Shown: positions 50,757-59,309 of the stretch, in pieces
Numbering within the stretch: the stretch's first letter is position 1
How the letters are laid out: each line of letters begins with the position of its first letter
DNA from: a virus
Strand: one strand, 5' to 3'
IMG/VR virus record: IMGVR_UViG_3300026521_000161
Span: 1-64,000 of that record
Length of the DNA stretch: 64,000 nucleotides
Notes under the pieces: generated by a model
What the model was told of the DNA's origin: nothing
Databases searched by the model: none
The model's input: the letters and a program-made list of their open reading frames with translations, nothing else
Position numbers and translations under genes: made by a program

Positions 50757-51710
50757 TTAAAGTATTTCATTTTCGTAAACCTCCTTTAACTGTATTGCTA
50801 GTTCCTTACCTTTAACATTACGTTTATTACTATCAAGTATTTTTCTATATGTAGATTTACTATTAATGCCTTCTAACATAACGTTAATGATAATGGCCAT
50901 AAATGTTGGTAAATGCTCAGCCATAGCTATAGATAGATTTTTACTATCTAAACTAAAGAACCCCCTACCGAGAACCTGTATATATAGATCAGATGTTAAG
51001 CCTTCACCTCTACCTGTAGGGATGATAGTTTTAATGTTGTTAACCATATTAACAATAGTTCTACTTGGTAATACAAACTCTTTCTTACTAAACTCATGAG
51101 TTAATAGACCAAATAGATCTTTCATGCTACCATGTTGTAACTCTTTAATATCTTTTCTGTTAAGTCTCATGATATAATCAGTTAGTTTGTGGCTATCTTC
51201 TACATCATCCATAGTTAACATATGTAACTTAGAAACTATATTAACGTTATCTATAATAGTTCTATCAAACACCATCATAGACGTGGTTGTTGATATGATA
51301 CTACCAAAAGCTTCTACTAGTTGTGGTTTAACATATGGTAACCAATCTGTCTCACCCTCATACATGAGTTTAGTGAAAATCAATCTTTGTAATTGCAGTT
51401 CACCATTATACTTATCTTGTAATTTTTCATGCACAGTAACCATATCGTCTAATTTACTTTTCATATATGGACGCATGTCTAAAGCGATAGCATCATCACC
51501 TCTAACGGTTTTAAATATAAGAGGATGTTGAAAGAGATCAATATCTTTTTCTAAATCATTCTTACCGGTAATAATGATAAGTTTAGTTCTTCCTTCTTTA
51601 AATTCATAAGCTAAGTTATCATTTGTTTTAGCTAGGTAAGAGTTAATACTCGCCTCCAATTTATCCTTGTCTAGGAATGCTCCTAGCGTACCTTCATAAA
51701 TGTCAATCAT
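50757..51710 (-). CDS. Conserved jumbo-phage protein (possibly gp59/Imp3-like)
   Basis: FQHPL...DMRPY and A.EHLPTF motifs; adjacent to chmA. Confidence 0.5.
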   Translation of the reverse strand: MIDIYEGTLGAFLDKDKLEASINSYLAKTNDNLAYEFKEGRTKLIIITGKNDLEKDIDLFQHPLIFKTVRGDDAIALDMRPYMKSKLDDMVTVHEKLQDKYNGELQLQRLIFTKLMYEGETDWLPYVKPQLVEAFGSIISTTTSMMVFDRTIIDNVNIVSKLHMLTMDDVEDSHKLTDYIMRLNRKDIKELQHGSMKDLFGLLTHEFSKKEFVLPSRTIVNMVNNIKTIIPTGRGEGLTSDLYIQVLGRGFFSLDSKNLSIAMAEHLPTFMAIIINVMLEGINSKSTYRKILDSNKRNVKGKELAIQLKEVYENEIL

Positions 51711-51767
51711 ATGTATCCTTTATCGATATTTCAAGTTATCTCCTAACTTTTAAGTAAAAAAGAAATA

Positions 51768-51796
51768 CTAAGTTATGGACTATGTCCATAACTTAG
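51768..51796 (-). terminator. Terminator of chmA
   Basis: CTAAGTTATGGAC-TAT-GTCCATAACTTAG followed by T-rich tail on minus strand. Confidence 0.7.
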
Positions 51797-51804
51797 ATCT
51801 TTTG

Positions 51805-53607
51805 TTAACGTCTATATCTGTTGTATGTTGCGTGTGGCGCACTGTAGTGCTGCCTTGCAGTAGACATACCAAAACCAGTAGAACCAACTGACGCAGAAGC
51901 ATATGCAGATGCAATGTTTTGTAGGTTATTAAATTCAGAATATCCGATAGATGGATTATCAGTATCTGGAGTATAACCACCATCCATAGCACGGCTTGTT
52001 AATTCATCGATGAAAGCTCCATCTAAAACAACTCTAACTGCTCTACCAGTAATAACTGGTTTAAGGTTAAGCATTGTAGCAACTTTATCGATAACTTCAA
52101 GTTTTAGTGTATATGGATCTTTACCTGTTGATGACACACAGATGTCCTCTGGTGCATTAGAATAAATCCAATCGATTAATAAGCCAGGATCATTTGTGTG
52201 TTTAGCGATGAACACTGTGTCGATCTCTCTGATGTCTCTAGGATTAGACTCATTATCTAGGAACTCACCTAGTGGAACATACATAGTCGCAGCAGCAACT
52301 GGAATATCAGGCATTTCACTTCCAACAAGATCTGAAGCTGCATTTAAAATATCTTCTGTAGCGAAGCGTCTACTAGCTTTATCAGCTAATGCAGTAAATG
52401 GTCTTAAGTACGGATAATCAGAACCAAACTCTTCAATATCTAAAGCAAAGATAGGCTTTGGAACGATATGCTCTCTGATGATATCGTTAACGATTTCTGG
52501 GCTAGCTTTCTCATCGTTGAACGAAATTTTCTCACCATATTTACGCCCATCACCTTGGTAGTTAAATAGGAAGTTAAGCGGACCAGCATCTTTCTCTACA
52601 ATAAGATTTTTAAGTACACCACGGTTAGTAAACGTTGTAGCATTGATCATAGATAATAACGCATAGTTGATTGTAGGTGCAGCACCAATGAACTCATTAA
52701 GGATGATCATAGGTTCAGCCATACGTTTAAATTTACCTGTATATCTATCTGTATCTTCACTAATGATATACTCGATGTAACCAGCAGTAGTTGTTAACTT
52801 GTTACGACCGCCTTGACCATTTAATCTTCTTGCACTTGTATTTTTAACGATAGATACCTCAACGTTGAAGTCTGTACGTACATTACGACCTAACATGTTG
52901 ATAGAGCTACCTGAGTTAAGACCAAGATCTAAAACTAATCTACCATTTTCAGTTACAGCATCAATAGCATCTACAGTGATGTCACTCTCGATACCAGTGT
53001 CTTTTGCATAGTTAGAAACAATGATATCTTGTGCATATCTAGCGATGATTTCAGCAGTTTGCTCTAATGGAGCACCAGTAGGCATGATAACACCTTCACA
53101 GAATACTAAATCTTCCTCTTTTGTTTCCATAGCACGACATAGTACAGCTGTTGCAGCTTCGAAGAAAATATCATCAAAACCATCTGCAGTAACAAGAACA
53201 TCAGAACTGTTTTTAATGTTAAAGCTTTCAACGATTGTATGTACGTCTAAAGGAGCACGACCAGTAGCTTCTAGTAGTGTAGAGAAGTAATATGTTTTAC
53301 CGTTATCGCCTTTGTAAGCGAATACCAAGTGACTGAACTCGAAATCAAATTTGTTAAGATCCATCTTGATGAACTTGATATCAACTTTTGTATGCTTAAG
53401 TGTTTTTTGCGCTATCTCTAAAAAGCTCTCTAGAATTTCATTGTCTCCATAGTTACCGATAAGTAAACTATCTGCACCAGATAAACCAAGAACATTTAAA
53501 CTTTGTCTTTGTTGTCTTTCTCTTCTTTGTCCAGTTCTTTCAGAACCACCTCTTGTTTCATTTAGGTTTTCTAAACCTTCGTCGAAATTTACTTTTTCGA
53601 ATGCCAT
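51805..53607 (-). CDS. chmA: Chimallin, phage nuclear shell protein
   Basis: Collinear motifs matching recalled ChmA: GRNVRTD, KDAGPL, PKPIFALDI..FG, PLGEFLD....RDIREID, ITGRAVR....AFIDEL; 600 aa; strong codon bias. Confidence 0.88.
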   Translation of the reverse strand: MAFEKVNFDEGLENLNETRGGSERTGQRRERQQRQSLNVLGLSGADSLLIGNYGDNEILESFLEIAQKTLKHTKVDIKFIKMDLNKFDFEFSHLVFAYKGDNGKTYYFSTLLEATGRAPLDVHTIVESFNIKNSSDVLVTADGFDDIFFEAATAVLCRAMETKEEDLVFCEGVIMPTGAPLEQTAEIIARYAQDIIVSNYAKDTGIESDITVDAIDAVTENGRLVLDLGLNSGSSINMLGRNVRTDFNVEVSIVKNTSARRLNGQGGRNKLTTTAGYIEYIISEDTDRYTGKFKRMAEPMIILNEFIGAAPTINYALLSMINATTFTNRGVLKNLIVEKDAGPLNFLFNYQGDGRKYGEKISFNDEKASPEIVNDIIREHIVPKPIFALDIEEFGSDYPYLRPFTALADKASRRFATEDILNAASDLVGSEMPDIPVAAATMYVPLGEFLDNESNPRDIREIDTVFIAKHTNDPGLLIDWIYSNAPEDICVSSTGKDPYTLKLEVIDKVATMLNLKPVITGRAVRVVLDGAFIDELTSRAMDGGYTPDTDNPSIGYSEFNNLQNIASAYASASVGSTGFGMSTARQHYSAPHATYNRYRR

Positions 53608-53802
53608 AGTATTTCCTTTGTTTTTTATAGATTAGAGCATAAGGCTCTAGTAAATTATATAGGTATAAAATATATACGAACTAAATAACTTAATAGAACC
53701 TGTGCTCCGTGTATATGCATATCTACCGAAGTAGATAAAACATTATGTTCAATATAGTAATATTTTGTAAAAATATATTACTAAGTACTATATGAATAAT
53801 AT
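53608..53802 (-). promoter_or_regulatory. chmA promoter (ATATTATTCA, 53793-53802) and long structured 5' leader
   Basis: Shared promoter motif; C(UUCG)G hairpin at 53720-53737; further hairpins. Confidence 0.55.
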
Positions 53803-53882
53803 GTTGTTAATTATAATTAGAATTAATAAAACATCATATATCAAGTATATTCGTTTTGTTGAAAAAAATTTAAAGGATTTTT

Positions 53883-54953
53883 ATGTTAAGCCTTTTCTAT
53901 AAAAAGAATGATGTAAATTACAGTATGATACACGGACCTAAATTAGAATATATAAGAAATAATATACATAGTATTTTATATATACTAAACTCCTATTATA
54001 AAGATATAAAAGGATATGTACGTAGACCTAACATGTTAGTTAGTTTATTAGAGTCTTTAGATATAGACCCAACACTAGAACCAGATGTTGTTTATGGTAA
54101 TATATCTTCAGATAGTATATACCTAGCGTCTAACTTTAATATTATTAATGGCGTTAAGACAGACGATGTGTTTAATAAGGATACAGTAATCTATAATACT
54201 AAAGAGATATTCATATACAACAACGATAACTTTAATTTCCTAGATGAAAGCATATTAGATATCCCTAGTGTAGAATGTATTTGGTCTAATAACACTGATC
54301 TGTTTTTAACGCACCCTAAAAACTATAAAGGTGGTGTTTATGATTTCGATATGTATGAATACACTATAAATATAGATATGTTAGCTATGCAGTATTATTA
54401 CTGGATGAAAGAACAAAAAACCTTAGAATTAGATTTAGACCCAGCTAGGTTTATACATGATGTAGTTTTAACAAATACTATTAAATCTATATTTAATATA
54501 AACTACATTAACCGCATAATAGCTATAGCTAATGACGAATTTGTTAATCCTTTCACTAACGATAACCCTTTCTTTATTAAAGATATATCTAAAAAGATAG
54601 ACAGTATGATATTATGGTATCTTAAGAATTTAAGAAAAAAGAAAGATCTTTATTATAAAGAGATATTGACTATACTTCCTATATTAACAGGAGGCTCTGT
54701 GTTAGATACGTTAACTCTTTCTGAATTATACCTTAACAGAAGAACTAAATGGGTATACATATTAGCACGCTTAGATATAGTTAACTTTTTATTATATAAT
54801 TTTAAATCTAAAAAAGAGAAACACTACCATAATGATATCATGAGTGATTTTAGCTATATGGTTAAAAATAAATATTTGATTACAAATAACGAAACAATAA
54901 ATAGTGTACTCGAGAAAAAGGAGGATAAATTGAAACAATATTTATTCCTGTAG
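53883..54953 (+). CDS. Conserved hypothetical protein divergent from chmA
   Basis: 356-aa ORF with SD; INIDMLAMQYYYW motif. Confidence 0.6.
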   Translation: MLSLFYKKNDVNYSMIHGPKLEYIRNNIHSILYILNSYYKDIKGYVRRPNMLVSLLESLDIDPTLEPDVVYGNISSDSIYLASNFNIINGVKTDDVFNKDTVIYNTKEIFIYNNDNFNFLDESILDIPSVECIWSNNTDLFLTHPKNYKGGVYDFDMYEYTINIDMLAMQYYYWMKEQKTLELDLDPARFIHDVVLTNTIKSIFNINYINRIIAIANDEFVNPFTNDNPFFIKDISKKIDSMILWYLKNLRKKKDLYYKEILTILPILTGGSVLDTLTLSELYLNRRTKWVYILARLDIVNFLLYNFKSKKEKHYHNDIMSDFSYMVKNKYLITNNETINSVLEKKEDKLKQYLFL

Positions 54954-54962
54954 GAGGTTAGC

Positions 54963-55202
54963 ATGGGTGATAGTGTTAAAGGTAACGTAGGTTCATTCGT
55001 ACCAACAACTTGTCTATCAAGGGCTGGTGATGAAACAAAAGCACTTAAAATCATTAGCAATAGTGTAGATGTGTTACTTGTAGAAACTGACGTTATAGAT
55101 TTTAATAAAGAGATAGGTCTACATGAGTTCTCTCGTGGTGCTGCTAGAACATACCTAGCATTAGTAAGAGCTATAGATTATCTTAGAGTAAGAAGAAACT
55201 GA
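54963..55202 (+). CDS. Hypothetical protein
   Basis: 79-aa ORF with AGGAGG SD, coupled to next gene. Confidence 0.55.
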   Translation: MGDSVKGNVGSFVPTTCLSRAGDETKALKIISNSVDVLLVETDVIDFNKEIGLHEFSRGAARTYLALVRAIDYLRVRRN

Positions 55203-55999
55203 TGGGTGCTATAAGTTACGGTGTTTCTCGCATCATGCGGGAGATACCATCTGAAATTTTACATATGGCTTTCTTAAGAAAATCTACATATTTTAGTGTA
55301 GAAACCTCTTTAGAAAAACAGATAACAGATTTAGTTATAAAAAGTGTAGTGCTTAGGGATACCAATATAGTTGGTGGTATGACTGTCACTATACAATTAG
55401 AGAAATGTAGTTTAACGTATTACGAAAAAAATCCAACACAACACAACTTAGTTATAAAGGTACCATACCTAGCTACCAATGGTAAAAAGATATTATCCCC
55501 ATTATCACTGGTAGCTGATACAGGTGGTAGATCAGGCTATAATAGTTCAGATAACGCTATATTATCCTCTCTTAATAACAAGATGGAACATGATGCCTTC
55601 ATAGGTGAAGGTATAGCAACGTCTAACCTAGAGCTCATAGCCCCTAATACCATTTTAGTCTATGATGAAGTATCTATGGTTGTTAATGGGTATATAAAGG
55701 TACTCATAGAGAACAATGAGAAACTCTCCAACCTATCCCCTAAATCATATCTTAACTTCGGTGAGCTATGTGTATTAGCAGCTAAACAATACATATACAA
55801 TAAACTAGTTATAGATCTAGATAAAGGAGCTCTCTATAGCGGCCATGAGTTAGGTAAGATAGCAGATATCATTAACAGCTATGAATCAGCTACAGATGAA
55901 TACAACACATTCATAAAAGAAAAATGGATGAAGACGTTATTCATAAATGATAAACCAGCTATGTCTAGTTTCATCAAAGCTATGGTTAGGCCTATGTAA
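55202..55999 (+). CDS. Conserved jumbo-phage protein (possible neck/head-tail connector)
   Basis: EIPSEILHMAF, LAAKQYIYN..IDLD.G..SG.ELG motifs. Confidence 0.6.
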   Translation: MGAISYGVSRIMREIPSEILHMAFLRKSTYFSVETSLEKQITDLVIKSVVLRDTNIVGGMTVTIQLEKCSLTYYEKNPTQHNLVIKVPYLATNGKKILSPLSLVADTGGRSGYNSSDNAILSSLNNKMEHDAFIGEGIATSNLELIAPNTILVYDEVSMVVNGYIKVLIENNEKLSNLSPKSYLNFGELCVLAAKQYIYNKLVIDLDKGALYSGHELGKIADIINSYESATDEYNTFIKEKWMKTLFINDKPAMSSFIKAMVRPM

Positions 56000-56208
56000 C
56001 AAACAATAATATAACATATAGAGTAGGTATCATCCTACTCTATATATATATACATCTTTTATCTTATGTTAAGTAACATAGTTACTCTTTATTTAAGAGG
56101 TATAAGTGATATACTATATCACTCTTATATAGGTATTATTAAAACCTCCCTCCTTTAATGGTTCCCTCCTACGAGTAGAATCATCAATATATAAATCTAT
56201 CCTATATA

Positions 56209-56391
56209 TTATTTATATCTAGGTATAACTATAACTGTATCTATATGTTCAACCTCATGCCCAACATCAACAACACCCCTAACAACTACATGATCTTCAT
56301 CTACCATCTCTGTAGTTATCTTCATAACTCTACCACGCATATATAACTTACGTATAGCTTCATCCATCTCTTTTATAACACGTTCCATCAT
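56209..56391 (-). CDS. Small hypothetical protein
   Basis: 60-aa ORF with AAGGAG SD. Confidence 0.5.
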   Translation of the reverse strand: MMERVIKEMDEAIRKLYMRGRVMKITTEMVDEDHVVVRGVVDVGHEVEHIDTVIVIPRYK

Positions 56392-56489
56392 AACTCCTTA
56401 TATTATACTTCATAACAACATATATAAGAGTGATATATATATATATACTAACAACATACACATAACATACTCTTCTCTTATTTAAGAAG

Positions 56490-56800
56490 GTAAGAGTTAA
56501 CATAGTTGGTTAACTCTCATTCTCCCACACCCACCCGTAACGATGTTATCTAAGCCCTCATGATTCACTACGTTCACATGGGACTTAAACTCTCCCCCTC
56601 CTTTCCCCCACTGTTCCTAGTAGTTGCTAGGTCTTGACACATCTGCATACTTCTCTTATAACCCATCCCTTTCCAGAGACAGGTTATAAGATACTCACAT
56701 GTGTAATAAGAGTGGTCGCCATGGTCCGCATGACTAGATATCAGTGATCGCAACTTAACAGGTTATCACTATGGATGGTTTGCTAAGTGATTTAGATATG
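56490..56800 (-). ncRNA. Candidate structured non-coding RNA (unknown family)
   Basis: Several stems whose G.U pairs form only on minus strand, incl. 17-bp stem with GGAA tetraloop (56654-56691). Confidence 0.45.
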
Positions 56801-56885
56801 ATTATCTTTCTTATTATTTAAATCAATAACATATATGTAACTAAAAAATAAAATATAAATAACTAAGGACATAAGTCCCTAGCTA

Positions 56886-58514
56886 TTAAAGTTCATATGT
56901 TGTTACACCCATTCTATCTATAGTTTTAGTAACTAACTTTATATCTCCTTCTAGAGTCCTAAACAACTGTAACATATCATATATGTAATGTGTGTTTAGA
57001 TTGTTCATAAGGATATCATGTAACTGTTCTATTTGCATATTAGTTAACTCTCCAAAATACTCTATACCAGATATAATACCAGACTTAACCTTTATCTTAA
57101 CATTACTATCAACATCCCCATAAATATCATATATAACCCTAGTGTCTTCATTACTATCTAGTTTCTTAAAGAACACTGATAATAGTTCATGGGGTTTATT
57201 GTCCTCTTTTTTAAGTTTAGGTCTTAAATATGTATCTACAAGTGTATTATGTATATTATTTATACGATCTCGTAAATCATTACTATCAGGATATACCTTC
57301 TTTAATTCATCATGCACATCATGAATATCACTAACATCGCTAGTTAATGTAAAATAACTACCACTAACATCACTCATGAATCTAGCGTATAGTACATTAT
57401 CTATAATTGTGGCTTCTATTATAGAGACAGGTGTGTATTTATCCATAGCCTCAGATATCTCCTTAAAACCTTCAGTAAGTATACTAGTGTATTTTCCTAA
57501 TGGATAATTGGCATCAAGACTATCGCTTGTATCGTTACTCATATGTACCTCTTTAGCATAAATTATAGCCTTACACATCATATCTTTATCAACACCATCT
57601 GTTAAGTCAGAGATATCTGTAGATAATACATACTTCTTACTATAAGATTCATATACTATAGTTAATGTGTTTTCATGTTCCATTATATCATTAACCGTAA
57701 TACTACCACAACACACCGTATCCAACATATCACCAACAGCATCAGATATAGAGACATTAAGTTCTACCTCACCAACTGTCGGGTAGCCTTTGTTAAGTAG
57801 ATACGCCTGCTCTATAAGTAAGAATAAATAATTTATAGTTAAATCATCTATATCTCTGATATCTATAGTATATTCTAGTTTAACTATCTCACCGATGTAT
57901 TTATTTAATTCTATTTCCAATATACCGTGGTTACATAACGCACCATTTACATATTTAAATATACCATCAGTATGTTCTAGATTAATATCTCTAAGAATGC
58001 TGTTAGCTTTTTCATTTGCTTTAATATGGACTATAGCATCACATGTATTTAATGCGATATTATATTTTATGGTATCAGCATCTATGATGTTGCTTAGATT
58101 CCCGAATAGCTCGTTATCTATTTCAGTAACAGATATGAACTTACTATCCTTAGTCTGTACATCTAAAACAATAACCGTACGAGCAATCTTCACTACTACT
58201 ATATCAGCAATGCCTTCACTAATATTTTGTCTAAACTCATCTGTAAGGATCCTACTAACTATATTATCATTAAGTGTTTTAGAGACAATCAGCTCTAATG
58301 TATCATCCTCTTCCGATTCTAAATCACCTATAAGATATTTATAGCTTTCATAATCCGTAACAGACATCGCTTTTATGAAACTTAATGTATTTAAAGTTAT
58401 GTTAACTTCTGTTAATGTTATAGATGTTATTCTATAAGGTACCTCATTCTCTGTTAATAAATCAACAACCTCTTTATAAGATCTGAAAAAATCCGAAACG
58501 TTTCTAGTTACCAT
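56886..58514 (-). CDS. Acidic hypothetical protein, putative early gene
   Basis: 542-aa ORF, AAGGAG SD, early-type promoter at 58564-58573, terminator-like hairpin at end. Confidence 0.65.
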   Translation of the reverse strand: MVTRNVSDFFRSYKEVVDLLTENEVPYRITSITLTEVNITLNTLSFIKAMSVTDYESYKYLIGDLESEEDDTLELIVSKTLNDNIVSRILTDEFRQNISEGIADIVVVKIARTVIVLDVQTKDSKFISVTEIDNELFGNLSNIIDADTIKYNIALNTCDAIVHIKANEKANSILRDINLEHTDGIFKYVNGALCNHGILEIELNKYIGEIVKLEYTIDIRDIDDLTINYLFLLIEQAYLLNKGYPTVGEVELNVSISDAVGDMLDTVCCGSITVNDIMEHENTLTIVYESYSKKYVLSTDISDLTDGVDKDMMCKAIIYAKEVHMSNDTSDSLDANYPLGKYTSILTEGFKEISEAMDKYTPVSIIEATIIDNVLYARFMSDVSGSYFTLTSDVSDIHDVHDELKKVYPDSNDLRDRINNIHNTLVDTYLRPKLKKEDNKPHELLSVFFKKLDSNEDTRVIYDIYGDVDSNVKIKVKSGIISGIEYFGELTNMQIEQLHDILMNNLNTHYIYDMLQLFRTLEGDIKLVTKTIDRMGVTTYEL

Positions 58515-58563
58515 AATAACTCCTTCTTTTATTAAAATATATTTAGTATATAACTATACTGTA

Positions 58564-58573
58564 TTAATAATAT
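58564..58573 (-). promoter_or_regulatory. Putative early promoter ATATTATTAA
   Basis: Shared motif with AGTATA-N4-TATACT hairpin downstream. Confidence 0.6.
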
Positions 58574-58799
58574 ATAAGTAAAATATATTACATAACATAT
58601 ATTTCGCCTATAATCAATTTTATATATTAACCTATCATTTTATCCTGTAAACATTATTATAGCTTTCTAGCTATATCTATGTTAGTATTAAACACATATA
58701 AACACAATGATAATAAATTAAATAACCAAAACAGCAAAACTGCATTTCATATACCTGTTTGTTATACATACACACGTAGTGTAGTCTTTTATATATACA

Positions 58800-59200
58800 T
58801 ACTAGTAAGTAACTACGTAGTTATTAGGTATATGATACATATATACTATATAGTAATATTTATACATATAGCTGTATATACTGTATATTATACACCTTAT
58901 ATAGGTATATACATACTATATTTAACTTATATATACCTATACTAGATAGTGTAGTTGTTATTTTTATCAACTACACTATTAATTGAGTATTATTATTATA
59001 GAGCTATAAAGGGGACTTTGTCCCCTTTATAGCGATATATAGTAAGTGAGTGTAGCTCTGTGCTGCTCTGTTTCTTTTATCCGCTCACGTTTCGCCTTTG
59101 GGGGCTACACGACCGCTCCGATTAGTCCTCTCCCCCCAGAAAATGTCTGGGTCATGGATCGAGGTTGTGACTTTATTATGGTCACAGTTGTCATCGTTAG
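58800..59200. other. Non-coding hairpin/palindrome cluster between divergent genes
   Basis: Perfect 14-bp IR 59003-59033, IR 58947-58978, palindrome TAACTACGTAGTTA, GC-rich island, TA-rich low-complexity flank. Confidence 0.5.
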
Positions 59201-59309
59201 ATAATTAATTATTTTAATCAATATATAAATATTTATCTATTATTAGATATTTACTAATTACAGGTATACCATTAGTTAGAATGAATATAGACAGTTAAAG
59301 GAAACAATA

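Noticed and set aside
58679-58945. 88-aa Tyr/Ile-rich ORF
   Set aside because: Translation of TA-rich low-complexity sequence, no SD
56000-59309. CRISPR array, tRNA or retron interpretation of the non-coding regions
   Set aside because: No regularly spaced direct repeats, no cloverleaf/T-loop consensus, and no reverse transcriptase or cas gene seen
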